Positions 1 through 8,767 of a stretch of 25,323 bases of DNA are shown piece after piece. The translations under genes and the position numbers were made by a program. Source of the DNA: a virus (lineage: Duplodnaviria > Caudoviricetes); IMG/VR virus record IMGVR_UViG_3300027887_000046, positions 1-25,323 of that record; one strand, written 5' to 3'. The notes below the pieces were generated by a model. That model was not told the DNA's origin. It saw nothing but the letters and a program-made list of their open reading frames with translations, and did no database searches. Positions within the stretch are counted from its first letter, which is position 1. Each line of letters begins with the position of its first letter.

Positions 1-172
1 TTGTATCGTGGGTCTGGACGCGTGGGGTGGATATGCGGTAGTAGGTCACACATGGCAGCGTCGCCTCTTGTGGAATGCGCTTGTTATAGGTTCTTGTGCT
101 AACCAGAGCCACCAGGCCGGCGTAGGTCGTCAGGTAATATCCGATTCCTTCTTCTATCGTCAAAGTTGCCAT
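1..172 (-). CDS. Tail completion/terminator-like protein (partial, runs off the window edge)
   Basis: Translated by hand: MATLTIEEGIGYYLTTYAGLVALVSTRTYNKRIPQEATLPCVTYYRISTPR. The ATG overlaps the upstream stop (TAATG). The PxxxxLPxVTY pattern and position after a gp10-like gene fit DUF3168/gp17-like proteins. Confidence 0.65.
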   Translation of the reverse strand, partial: MATLTIEEGIGYYLTTYAGLVALVSTRTYNKRIPQEATLPCVTYYRISTPRVQTHDT

Positions 173-639
173 TAGTCGCCTGCCACTCTTTCGATAGCCT
201 GTTTTAGCTGATAGCCGATAGCTTCAAGCACTTCCTCTTTATGATCGTCCAGAGCCGGGCGCAAGTAGGGCCTGGGTGGGATATGCACTACGTTAGCGAA
301 AACATCTTCGCCAGCGTCGTTTATCCAGTGTAGCATTTGAGCGAACACCGGTTTTATGATCCCGCCCAACTCTTGGATCCTGCCGTAGATCACCGTAGGG
401 CCTACATCGGCCTCCGCTTCTGTGCTGGTAGTTTTACTCAGCACCGTTTGAATCGAGCCGCCCAACCCTGCGCCGCCGGTGGCTTTGCTGGAGAAGGTGT
501 GTTCGACGTTGATCTTGGCGTAAGCCTCGACCACCTGCCCGCCAGCCATGACCGCTTTTTTCAGGGCATCTTGACTAGCAGTTTTTACTGCCGCAAAGTT
601 ATTAGAGAGCGTAATCACAGTGACCCTGGCTCCGCTCAT
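172..639 (-). CDS. HK97 gp10-like neck/tail-completion protein
   Basis: Contains G.L..SI, YGRIQELGG and IPPRPYLRPAL motifs typical of HK97-gp10/virion morphogenesis proteins; synteny agrees. Confidence 0.8.
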   Translation of the reverse strand: MSGARVTVITLSNNFAAVKTASQDALKKAVMAGGQVVEAYAKINVEHTFSSKATGGAGLGGSIQTVLSKTTSTEAEADVGPTVIYGRIQELGGIIKPVFAQMLHWINDAGEDVFANVVHIPPRPYLRPALDDHKEEVLEAIGYQLKQAIERVAGD

Positions 640-1016
640 GTTGCTACCTTTTTTAAAAGCAGGCGGATCCCAGAGGGGCCGCGCTGGATCGGGCCGACGA
701 TCTCAAAGACCAGAGCCGTTGCCAGCGTTTCTCCGAAGCGTTTTGTTATCTTGATCCTGTCTCTGGGGTTGGGGGTGGTCCCAATGGGCAGCCGTACAAT
801 TGCATCGTATTCCAGGATGGTATTGTCTGAACTGTGCCGCTCTGTGCCAGGCCGCATATCCAGGCCGCAGATCGCCGCAGCTCCATCGGTGTAGGTGATA
901 ATAGACTCTCGGAATGAGCCGAAGGTTTCAGAGTAAACTTGCGGCACATAAGTATCCATCATGTGACCATCTTGCGCCGTTCTCATTCCCGTTAGCTCGT
1001 CAGCGGTAAAATCCAT
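636..1016 (-). CDS. Head closure/head-tail joining protein (SPP1 gp16-like)
   Basis: 126 aa, beta-rich, with a RDRIKIT...FEIVG pattern; lies between the adaptor and the gp10-like gene; ATGA overlap. Confidence 0.6.
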   Translation of the reverse strand: MDFTADELTGMRTAQDGHMMDTYVPQVYSETFGSFRESIITYTDGAAAICGLDMRPGTERHSSDNTILEYDAIVRLPIGTTPNPRDRIKITKRFGETLATALVFEIVGPIQRGPSGIRLLLKKVAT

Positions 1017-1297
1017 TATTTTCCTGCCGCTTTCCTTATATTGCTGTTAGCCTCTTCGTTGGAGGCCGGCTCAAAAAGGATGGGTTTAACTTTATGATCC
1101 GCTAGCCATTTCTTAGCTTGCGCTGCGGTAAACTTTTTCCGATCAAAACGGTAAGCCTGGAGCGTCATCGATGACGAGCCCTTAAGTTTGCCCATAATAG
1201 CCGAAATACCGGTTGCTAAGGTCACGCGCCGAAACGAGTCCGCCTGAAATGATCCAGGTTGTTTTATCCTCGCCGCGTGTTCGGTAGGGTATGGCAT
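1016..1297 (-). CDS. Small basic hypothetical protein (PYPxEHxAR...SFRR...QAYRF...AKKWL domain)
   Basis: 93-aa ORF tightly packed in the head-tail gene cluster; Lys/Arg-rich. Confidence 0.6.
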   Translation of the reverse strand: MPYPTEHAARIKQPGSFQADSFRRVTLATGISAIMGKLKGSSSMTLQAYRFDRKKFTAAQAKKWLADHKVKPILFEPASNEEANSNIRKAAGK

Positions 1298-1300
1298 GGT

Positions 1301-1738
1301 TTACTCATATGGGTTATTGACGTTCCCAATATAGTTTTCTGGCGTTACCGGCTCCTCAGGCGTTTGTATCATCCTGATTGTTTTCATTGACCGGCGAGAA
1401 CGGTAATACCTGGCTTGCTCCTGATACATCTTATACATTTGGGACCGGCTATAATTTCCGCCATCCGCTGAAAAGTCGTATAGAGCTGCAACAGCCGCCG
1501 CCTTTTCGCTCCAGATGTCAGCCGCGGCAGCGTTTAGATCATAGGTCGCAATCCAATCGGCGTTAACCGTGGCGACAGGTGGGACTCCGATCCAATCATA
1601 AGGCTCCTCGCCAAGCTCATCGAGCAAAGGATATTTCTCGATGAACGTTTGTATAAGAGCGTCGGAATAAGAACCCATCAAATCGGGTTCGTTCACCATT
1701 CTACGAATCTGTAAAATCTGCGCTGCCGTGGCTGTCAT
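1301..1738 (-). CDS. Head-tail adaptor (SPP1 gp15-like)
   Basis: Helical protein with YDLNAAAADIW.EKAA and DFSADG.NYSRSQ motifs; first joining gene after the capsid cluster. Confidence 0.7.
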   Translation of the reverse strand: MTATAAQILQIRRMVNEPDLMGSYSDALIQTFIEKYPLLDELGEEPYDWIGVPPVATVNADWIATYDLNAAAADIWSEKAAAVAALYDFSADGGNYSRSQMYKMYQEQARYYRSRRSMKTIRMIQTPEEPVTPENYIGNVNNPYE

Positions 1739-1747
1739 GGTTTCACC

Positions 1748-2170
1748 TTACGCCAGGCGGATGTAATGCACGTACAAATCAGCCACGAACAGAGTCGAGG
1801 CTACTGCCGCCGGATTGAAGGCGTTGAGATAAGCTCCTGCCGCCCAGAGTAAACCGCGTGGGGTAGCCGCTGCGCCTTCGCTTGCCAAGTCGGTTCCAAC
1901 GATCTTGATTACCGTTCCGAGTCCGGCGTTCATAGCTACCGCGCTTGCCAGATCGGTGGAGTCGGCTCCGAGGACACCAACACCCAAATCAAGAGTCGCC
2001 GCGCCAGCTGCCTGGGCAACGATATACAGAAAAGCATCGTAGATATGCAGCAAAACACCTTCCGGGTTCAAGATAGATCCCAGGGTATTCGCCACCGCGG
2101 TTGTATTGCCGGTAATACGAATCTTTAACCAACCGGCTTGTGCGTTATCAGTTGAGATTACAGCGGTCAT
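1748..2170 (-). CDS. Putative capsid decoration protein, paralog B
   Basis: 140 aa, Ala/Gly/beta-rich; clearly similar to 2183..2599; GGAGG RBS upstream. Confidence 0.55.
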   Translation of the reverse strand: MTAVISTDNAQAGWLKIRITGNTTAVANTLGSILNPEGVLLHIYDAFLYIVAQAAGAATLDLGVGVLGADSTDLASAVAMNAGLGTVIKIVGTDLASEGAAATPRGLLWAAGAYLNAFNPAAVASTLFVADLYVHYIRLA

Positions 2171-2182
2171 GTTTTGACCTCC

Positions 2183-2599
2183 TTAAGCCAAACGAATATA
2201 TTGCAGGTACAAATCAGCGATCAAACCGGTGCTGACCTGCGCGCTGTTGGTAATGGTGAGGTAAGACGTTGCCGGCCAGAGTACACCCCAGGGTGTAGAT
2301 GCTGCCGCTTCTGAGGCTCGATCCATGCCGACCACGTTCCAAACGGTTCCGGCTGCCTGGTTAAAGGCCAGTGTAGCCAGGATGGTATTAGAACTCACCC
2401 CAGTTGCACCGATCCCAACAAGCAGCACCGAGGCCAGCCCCGCAGGGGTGGCGATGTAAACAAAGCCCCTGTTGATATGCAGCAGCACACCCTCAGGGTT
2501 ATACACCTCACCCAACAGACCAGCCGCAGCCGCTTCGCCCACGATGTGGACTTTTAACCATCCGGTTTTTGCATCATCGGTAGATAGGGTTACAGGCAT
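2183..2599 (-). CDS. Putative capsid decoration protein, paralog A
   Basis: 138 aa; shares STD..GWLK, NPEGVLLHI, ASE.AA.TP.G.LW and ADLY..YIRLA with the downstream gene. Confidence 0.55.
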   Translation of the reverse strand: MPVTLSTDDAKTGWLKVHIVGEAAAAGLLGEVYNPEGVLLHINRGFVYIATPAGLASVLLVGIGATGVSSNTILATLAFNQAAGTVWNVVGMDRASEAAASTPWGVLWPATSYLTITNSAQVSTGLIADLYLQYIRLA

Positions 2600-2600
2600 T

Positions 2601-2795
2601 TTATTTCTCCTTTAGCGGTTTCTTAACCGCCGGATCTTTGGCCGGCTTTTCTGCGGGTTTGGGATTCAGGTTGACGATAAAGCCAACAGACTCCCACATA
2701 AAAATCTGATCCGCCTCAAATTGGCCTGGCTGGATGATATCTCCAGCTTTGAAATTCACGGTACTGAAAGAAAAATCCTTGATAACTTTATACAT
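2601..2795 (-). CDS. Small capsid-region protein
   Basis: 64 aa with an MYKVIKDF...FKAGDII...GFI core and Lys/Pro tail, the type of small protein often encoded downstream of major capsid genes; GGAG RBS. Confidence 0.6.
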   Translation of the reverse strand: MYKVIKDFSFSTVNFKAGDIIQPGQFEADQIFMWESVGFIVNLNPKPAEKPAKDPAVKKPLKEK

Positions 2796-2805
2796 GGATT
2801 TCTCC

Positions 2806-3750
2806 TTAGCTGGTAATCATCATCAAGTTACCAGTTGCGACACCGGTGGTATTGGCCGCGATGGTGACGTTGGTAACCAGGCCGTTATTGGTTAGGTTCC
2901 ATTCGGGCGTACCGTACATCCAGCAATCAACCGCATAGATCCGGCTTGCAGCTGGAAGAGCCGCAGCGATTACCATGCACTCAGCTTGTGCGCCGTTGCC
3001 CTCGTTAATAAACAGGCAGCGACGGAACAAGTTAAGCCGCCCAACACCCGCAGCAGCCGCCACGGTTACGTGGGCATAGGTTGTGCCGTTGGTGGATGTG
3101 ATAAACAGGCAATCGTCAAAGGTGGTGTGCATCGCGCCGCTCACGAACTCAACGCCAGCCATACCGTTCACCGACATAATGGTATCAAGGCCAATAATGC
3201 AATTTTTGAAGGTGTTGCCGGATCCATCACCAGCTGCGCCGACCTGGAGAGAACGCGCCCCAGTGACCGCATTTGCACCTACACCGCCGGCAAACTGGCA
3301 GCCATCGAAGGTATTACGGGAGCCAGAAACCAGAACGTTGACCAGGCCGGCTGCATCCGATGTTTCATGCCAGAAACCAACATTCTTGACAACGCATCCA
3401 TCGGCTGACCAGGTGACAAAGGGCGTAGTAGCCAGAGCCGCCGGGCATTTGATTCGGCTGCGTGGTTCTGGACCGCCTGAGTTTAGGCCGATTAAGTGCG
3501 TAAAGTCATTAGCCCAGGTTAGGGCCGCGGTGGTAGTGTACGACAAGCCATTTCCAACAAGCAAAATGATGTCGTTTTTACGGTTGGTTGTCAGCGCGTA
3601 GGCAGCGTCAATACCGGCTTTGGGCTGATCCCACTTATAGCCGGAGTTGGCATTATTGCCGTTTACTCCATCAACCACAATGATCTTGCTGCCCCTGGAA
3701 CGCGGTACTCCAACGAGGGCGTATTCAACAGAAGGTGGAAAAAGTGACAT
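2806..3750 (-). CDS. Right-handed beta-helix (pectin-lyase-like fold) protein, probable head fibre/appendage
   Basis: N-terminal VVDGVNGNNANSG..WDQPKA.IDAA motif, followed by repeated NTF.NC/DGC/DDC-type beta-helix rungs; immediately after the MCP gene. Confidence 0.7.
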   Translation of the reverse strand: MSLFPPSVEYALVGVPRSRGSKIIVVDGVNGNNANSGYKWDQPKAGIDAAYALTTNRKNDIILLVGNGLSYTTTAALTWANDFTHLIGLNSGGPEPRSRIKCPAALATTPFVTWSADGCVVKNVGFWHETSDAAGLVNVLVSGSRNTFDGCQFAGGVGANAVTGARSLQVGAAGDGSGNTFKNCIIGLDTIMSVNGMAGVEFVSGAMHTTFDDCLFITSTNGTTYAHVTVAAAAGVGRLNLFRRCLFINEGNGAQAECMVIAAALPAASRIYAVDCWMYGTPEWNLTNNGLVTNVTIAANTTGVATGNLMMITS

Positions 3751-3786
3751 TTTTGAGTCTCCTATTATTGGTTAACTCAGAACGGA

Positions 3787-4767
3787 TTACGGAGTCAATA
3801 CCGCAAACGGGAATCGGGCGGCAGCTGCGCCGGCCACGTTCATTCGGGTTGGCGGGTTTGGAAGAGCAAAGCCCAGGCGGATAACGGCGCGCATGGCAAC
3901 CATGTCTTGCTGTGCCAGGTTGTAAACAATGGCTCCGGTTGCATCCTGGATTACAGCTTGATCGAGGATCTTGTACGTGATATCCTGGCGCATCGAATAA
4001 ACCAGCTGATCCCACTGACCCATAATAGCGGTACAAGTGGCTGCCGGCATCGTTCCATCCGACGCAAAGTAGATCGGCGTTCCGTCCAGATCATACCGGC
4101 TGGGGTCTTGCATATTGGCCTTGAAGATAGGCATACCATTGATATCGCGCACATTGCGTAAAGCACCCTTTACCCCAGGGTGGGCAATTGTACCGGTTAC
4201 AGCAAAACCCTGCGCTTCAACCGCCATGAAAGTACCCAGGACACCTGCACCGGTCATGCCGAGTAATGCTTCGTACAAATCGGCATAAGCCAGCAAACTC
4301 AAAGTTTGAGCTGCCGCAGTTGCACCAGCCACTAGGCCAGCTGCACCGTTAAGGTCAACCGTCCAGGTTGCGGGGATGTTCGTGCCTGAAATTACGGCAT
4401 TGGTAATGGCGATACTTAAGGCGCGCTCCATTTCAGGGCGGATTTCACCCCAGATGTCATAGCTGGCATCGTCCAAAACGGCTTCTGGAATTGGCACAAT
4501 TACCGCCAACTCTTCCGCATCCACAAAACGGTTAGCCCAGTTGACCTCGGAGGTCTGCTTGAGTCCGGTATCACCGGTCACAAAATAAGCCGTGGCCAGC
4601 GCGCTCATGATCGGGAGCCGGCGCTGATTGGTGCTCATGTTCGGGAGCCGGCGCGCCAGGCGCATGATCGGATTCATTTCTGGCAGGTTAGCCAGAATTT
4701 CGTTGCTGATCTCAACCGGAACTAGACTGGCTGCGTCAGCACGTGAAATAATATTATTGTAAGGCAT
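3787..4767 (-). CDS. Major capsid protein (HK97 fold)
   Basis: 326 aa with LVPVEIS.EI, AYFV.G, ELAVIVPIPEAVLDDA and NLAQQDMVAMRAVIRLGF motifs; AAGGAG RBS; follows the scaffold gene. Confidence 0.93.
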   Translation of the reverse strand: MPYNNIISRADAASLVPVEISNEILANLPEMNPIMRLARRLPNMSTNQRRLPIMSALATAYFVTGDTGLKQTSEVNWANRFVDAEELAVIVPIPEAVLDDASYDIWGEIRPEMERALSIAITNAVISGTNIPATWTVDLNGAAGLVAGATAAAQTLSLLAYADLYEALLGMTGAGVLGTFMAVEAQGFAVTGTIAHPGVKGALRNVRDINGMPIFKANMQDPSRYDLDGTPIYFASDGTMPAATCTAIMGQWDQLVYSMRQDITYKILDQAVIQDATGAIVYNLAQQDMVAMRAVIRLGFALPNPPTRMNVAGAAAARFPFAVLTP

Positions 4768-4785
4768 GGTAAAACTCCTTTTATG

Positions 4786-5328
4786 TTATTGACGACCTGC
4801 CGCTCTGCGGATCAAGTCATTCATGCTTTCGTTTTTTGGTGGGCTTCCCGTACCGTTGCCAGCGTTTGACCTGGGGGCTGCTACGCCAAACAATTCCGGC
4901 GCAGCTGCCTTGATTGCGGGCCAATTCGGGATGCCGCGTTTATCGAACAAATCATCTGAAACCGCAACCGCAAAAGCCGCTTTAGGATTTCGACAGCCAA
5001 TCTCAGGCCGGGTAGAGTCCTCATAAAAACTAGCGCGCTTTTCTGCGATCTCGTATTTTGCCGCCATTTCGGTTAAGGCTTTCTCAGCATCCGAACCTTT
5101 GGCGAGCTTTCCGGCTGCCTCTCGCAGCTCCTTTGCAAACTGATCCCGCTCCTCGCGGGTGGCTTTAACCGTGTTTTTTAAACCGGTTACGTGTTCCTCG
5201 TAAGCAGCTTTAACTTTCTCGTCTTGCTGCCCTAACCAGACATCAAACTGGATCGGCTGTTCTTGTTCTTGCTCTTGCTCCGGCTGGCTTTCCGGTGGGG
5301 TTGGTGCTGCAGGTGGTTGATTAGTCAT
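4786..5328 (-). CDS. Capsid scaffolding protein
   Basis: Acidic, Pro-rich N-terminus, coiled coil, PELFG motif, Gly-rich linker and C-terminal MNDLIRRAAGR; directly upstream of MCP. Confidence 0.85.
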   Translation of the reverse strand: MTNQPPAAPTPPESQPEQEQEQEQPIQFDVWLGQQDEKVKAAYEEHVTGLKNTVKATREERDQFAKELREAAGKLAKGSDAEKALTEMAAKYEIAEKRASFYEDSTRPEIGCRNPKAAFAVAVSDDLFDKRGIPNWPAIKAAAPELFGVAAPRSNAGNGTGSPPKNESMNDLIRRAAGRQ

Positions 5329-5362
5329 CTCGACTTTTCCTTTTCTCCGGCTTCTCGCCAGG
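5323..5362 (-). promoter_or_regulatory. Tandem GAGA(A/U)-pentaloop hairpins at the scaffold start codon
   Basis: The mRNA reads CUGGC-GAGAA-GCCGG, then AGUC-GAGAU-GACU; the second hairpin contains the AUG. Confidence 0.45.
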
Positions 5363-5421
5363 ATGAATTAGCTATCTTGTTATCGATATATCGGCTATAC
5401 TCTTCGTTGGAGGGTACAATC

Positions 5422-5673
5422 ATGGAGCCCATAAAAGTAAGCAAAATATCGTCTATAACCGTGCGTCTTTTCCCCAATCGGGTTGAAATCGAAAAACCGC
5501 ATATGTTCGGTAAACAAACTGAAGTCATCTTGCTAAAGTCCATCACCGACGTTAAGGCCGGGTATGCGAAACAGTTAGAAGTTACCACGGCAGATGGGAA
5601 AAAGCATAACTTATCAATCAGTGGCAAAGCAGCTGAGGAAATGAAGCAAGCAATTTTAGAGAACATCTCTTAG
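5422..5673 (+). CDS. Small bacterial PH-like domain protein (moron, opposite strand)
   Basis: GGAGG RBS precedes ATG 5422. The 83-aa sequence (beta strands, I.LKSITDV, LEVTTADG, C-terminal helix AEEMKQAILE) fits a bPH fold. Confidence 0.65.
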   Translation: MEPIKVSKISSITVRLFPNRVEIEKPHMFGKQTEVILLKSITDVKAGYAKQLEVTTADGKKHNLSISGKAAEEMKQAILENIS

Positions 5674-6692
5674 CCTCCCATCCCCAACTCAGCGAATGTG
5701 GCCACACGAGGCGAATCACCCCAAACTTTGGAGTGAGTCATCTGCGCCAAGTTATCTAATTTAAATTGTCCATCTTTCCAGGCCGCGTATTTCTCATCTC
5801 CCATGAGATCGCGCTGCTGGTCCGCACTTAGTTTATTAAAATATTGCTTGCCTGTCTCCCATACGGGAGGTTTAACTCCCTGGACCACCGGCACCGCAGT
5901 ACACTTGCCGCGGGGATGATCGGTCAATTCGTCGGCCGATTCAAACCGCTGCCCGTCCAGCATCAAGCAGGCCAGGCATGCCGTTTCTTTTTTGACTAAC
6001 CGCATAAACCCATCTACAACCCCGCTTTCACGATATTGCTCTGTGGATCCGGTTCGATATGCGCGGGCCGCCTCTGTCCTGGCAATTAATAAAGCCCGTT
6101 CTAGCCCCATCGCGGATCCTTCAACCATATCCGCCGCGATCTGCGCGGAGCCTTTGCCCCTGGCTAGACCGTTAATCAAAGCGTTCATCAAGCCATCTAC
6201 CGCATCTGGATAACTTTTCATCAGTAGCTTGTTTAACGGCGTGCCATCGCCAGCAAAGCCGATCATGCTTTGCACCGCGTTGACATTGATCCTGTTGAAG
6301 TAGGTTCCCATCGGGCCGTAGCTGGCATTGATCGCCGCTTGCGCTGCGTCGATCCCTAGCAAAGCATACTGCTCCTGGGCGATTGCCGTAGCCTGGGCCG
6401 CGTAGCCAGTTGCAAACTTACTAATCTCTTCTTCCATGCGGTTCTTGATAATCTTGTAACGTTCCTCACGCCATACCATCTGCTCTGTGATCACCTTGCC
6501 GCTTGCTGCTCGATCCGCCATCTCGCGCGCCAGCAAAGCGATATCAGCATCCATCCGCTTCTCGATCAAGAGCCACTGATCCGCCATTTCCACCATCAAG
6601 CCCGCCTCTTTCGCGTCAAGAGCCGCCCGATATTCTTTTAGAACTCGGATTACTTCTGGATCTGGCCGGGCGCGCGGGATGGGTGGCAGCAT
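5670..6692 (-). CDS. Minor head morphogenesis protein (SPP1 gp7/Mu gpF family)
   Basis: RA.LIARTE..RAY, CLAC..LDG and HPRGKC (variant of HPNCRC) motifs; lies after the portal. Confidence 0.88.
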   Translation of the reverse strand: MLPPIPRARPDPEVIRVLKEYRAALDAKEAGLMVEMADQWLLIEKRMDADIALLAREMADRAASGKVITEQMVWREERYKIIKNRMEEEISKFATGYAAQATAIAQEQYALLGIDAAQAAINASYGPMGTYFNRINVNAVQSMIGFAGDGTPLNKLLMKSYPDAVDGLMNALINGLARGKGSAQIAADMVEGSAMGLERALLIARTEAARAYRTGSTEQYRESGVVDGFMRLVKKETACLACLMLDGQRFESADELTDHPRGKCTAVPVVQGVKPPVWETGKQYFNKLSADQQRDLMGDEKYAAWKDGQFKLDNLAQMTHSKVWGDSPRVATFAELGMGG

Positions 6693-6696
6693 AATT

Positions 6697-7062
6697 CTAG
6701 ATCGGCTCCAATATCAGCGTGAAGATTCTGGCTGCCGTGGCCTGGGCAACAGCCACGCCTGCCGCTGTTTCCATCTGGAACTTTATAAAACGCACCCCGT
6801 AAAGATCGGGGATATTGGACAGCGTAATGTAATCGTTGATCAAGAACGGGATGGATAGTTTGATCCCATTCGGCTTGACGATGTTGTAAGTGCCGGCCAG
6901 GGTGGGCGAGGCCGTAAAAGAAACGTTGGTCGTGGTAGCCTCGATAGCCGCCGGACAAACAAAGCCTACTAGGTGGTAAGCGTCCAGATCAACCGCAACA
7001 GACAAACTGGTAGCGATCAACACTGTCAAAGATGGGAAATATAACTGCCTCGGATAACTCAT
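6697..7062 (-). CDS. Hypothetical beta-rich virion-associated protein
   Basis: 121 aa, ATGA-coupled to the portal gene; predicted all-beta. Confidence 0.55.
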   Translation of the reverse strand: MSYPRQLYFPSLTVLIATSLSVAVDLDAYHLVGFVCPAAIEATTTNVSFTASPTLAGTYNIVKPNGIKLSIPFLINDYITLSNIPDLYGVRFIKFQMETAAGVAVAQATAARIFTLILEPI

Positions 7063-8441
7063 GATTCAACTCCTTGTACTGGTTGCTCTGTCTCTTCCGG
7101 CTCTACCGGTGGTTGGTTAGATTGCTCTTGCTTTTTTCTTAGATCTTCCAGCAAAGCCGCTGCCAGGCTGGTCGTCTTGGCCTTTGCCTCTTGCTCATCT
7201 TTCTGCATGGCTTTGATATCGCTCTCCGTCCAGCCCTGCCGCTTGAGTTGGGTTATCAGTGGTATGCCTGCGTTTACGTTGGTCTGAGTCGTCTGCGCCT
7301 CAGTGAAGGGCTGGATAGACTGGGGAGGTTCCCAGATGGGTGTAATCTGCGATTGCGGCACTTCTCCAAAGCCGGATAGCTGGAGCAAGAAGGACCCAAT
7401 CTCTGCCCAGGTAACGCCAAAGTTTTCCTCGCGCTGTTCCACTTTCTTTGTTAGCGGCGACTCCATAGCGATTAAAGCCTCGCCGCTGATCCCTGCGCCA
7501 GAGTTATAAAAATAGTGTTTAGGTGTGCGTGAAATAATTGCGATGCTGTTAGCCAGCTTGTCAATAGAGTTGAGATAGTTGTTAAGATCCGTCGCCTCAA
7601 ACTGACCTACACTTGACCCTTGACCCGCCCCATCGCCAGCCGGTATATTCCAAATCTCGTTGGGCGCATTTTTCAGCGTGCTTGTGTCTGCGTTTGAGAT
7701 TACATATCGCTGCCGAAATGCTCCAAACTCTGCCGCCACCATCATATCGGCCAGCAGCTTGTTGACCGCGTCTTGAAGCGTTAAAATATTAGTCAGCTCG
7801 CTGCCGCTGTTGCGCCGGTTAGTCTGTAAGTGAAATACTGGAATGACTCCATAAGGGTTGTCAGCGGTGGGCGTTTCGGCAGCGTGAAACGCGTTTACAG
7901 ATGTTGGCGTGTTCTTGGCTTTGGCCTCGTAATATTCCAGCCGATCCTCGTAATACAACGTAATAAAGTAGCTGCCCGCGCCTTCATCGTGCCACCATTT
8001 ACACGCAAACTCTTTCTTTTTTGGGTTATCCGCCTGGTAGAACATATGGCACAAACGAGGATCGTTGTAGTAAATCTCGATATCGCCTGTCTCGTCTTTC
8101 CAAGCGATAACAAAAGACTCATGCGTGACCAGGGCCGCGTAATGCGCGTCATACGACTCAAGCGCGATCTGCTCATCATTCCACAGCTGCTCCAAAGCGT
8201 CTAGCTGGCTGCTGTTCTGTACATCCCAACCCTTCAACACGATCCGATCAAGCGCGCTGTTGATTACCACGCTGCACCAGTTTTGCTCGAAGTGGGCATT
8301 GATATTATTGAACGCCTCACTCAGCCGCGCCGTAGAATAGATCAATGGCTGATCACCTTCCGCATAGGAAAACAGTCTGTTGTAATCAGCTAGCTTGCCG
8401 GTTAGTGCGTCGAAAGCGCGCTTCAAATCGCTGTCAGGCAT
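7059..8441 (-). CDS. Portal protein (SPP1 gp6-like)
   Basis: 460 aa with NWC.VVI, NPYGVIPVFH, LQDAVNK...D, SRTPKHYF and SGEAL motifs. Confidence 0.92.
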   Translation of the reverse strand: MPDSDLKRAFDALTGKLADYNRLFSYAEGDQPLIYSTARLSEAFNNINAHFEQNWCSVVINSALDRIVLKGWDVQNSSQLDALEQLWNDEQIALESYDAHYAALVTHESFVIAWKDETGDIEIYYNDPRLCHMFYQADNPKKKEFACKWWHDEGAGSYFITLYYEDRLEYYEAKAKNTPTSVNAFHAAETPTADNPYGVIPVFHLQTNRRNSGSELTNILTLQDAVNKLLADMMVAAEFGAFRQRYVISNADTSTLKNAPNEIWNIPAGDGAGQGSSVGQFEATDLNNYLNSIDKLANSIAIISRTPKHYFYNSGAGISGEALIAMESPLTKKVEQREENFGVTWAEIGSFLLQLSGFGEVPQSQITPIWEPPQSIQPFTEAQTTQTNVNAGIPLITQLKRQGWTESDIKAMQKDEQEAKAKTTSLAAALLEDLRKKQEQSNQPPVEPEETEQPVQGVES

Positions 8442-8447
8442 AGGTTA

Positions 8448-8753
8448 TTAAGAGGTCGATTTCTTGAGCTTGCGCGTGATTACATAGGTAGATTGGTTGG
8501 TTACCAAAGCAGCGACCACCGCAGCCGCCATGCCCCAGAAACCAGGCATATCGCAGGTGAAAACAGGCCACGGAAAAGCCGGCCAACAACTCAGGCCAAA
8601 AGCTGCCACGCCAACAACTACCACGGCAATCGCCATCACCAGGCTTTTCGCTGCCGAATCCAATCCGTCATACCAGGTTTTTAGTCCAGGGAAATAACTA
8701 AACACCAACGATAAAACAATACCCGCCAAAGATGCTAATTGCGTTGCACTCAT
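8448..8753 (-). CDS. Small multi-TM membrane protein (holin-like)
   Basis: 101 aa, three hydrophobic segments, basic C-terminus RKLKKSTS; GGAG RBS. Confidence 0.6.
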   Translation of the reverse strand: MSATQLASLAGIVLSLVFSYFPGLKTWYDGLDSAAKSLVMAIAVVVVGVAAFGLSCWPAFPWPVFTCDMPGFWGMAAAVVAALVTNQSTYVITRKLKKSTS

Positions 8754-8767
8754 ATCAACTCTCCATT

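Noticed and set aside
3748-3789. Stop-codon read-through fusing MCP to the in-frame beta-helix gene
   Set aside because: A second in-frame TAA lies five codons after the MCP stop, and the downstream gene has its own AGGAG RBS.
5258-5281. Short tandem repeat in the scaffold gene (also PE repeats at 25290-25323)
   Set aside because: Ordinary low-complexity QE/PE linker coding.
5325-5666. 113-aa minus-strand ORF between the minor head and scaffold genes
   Set aside because: It is the antisense of the PH-like gene, which has the RBS and a protein-like composition.
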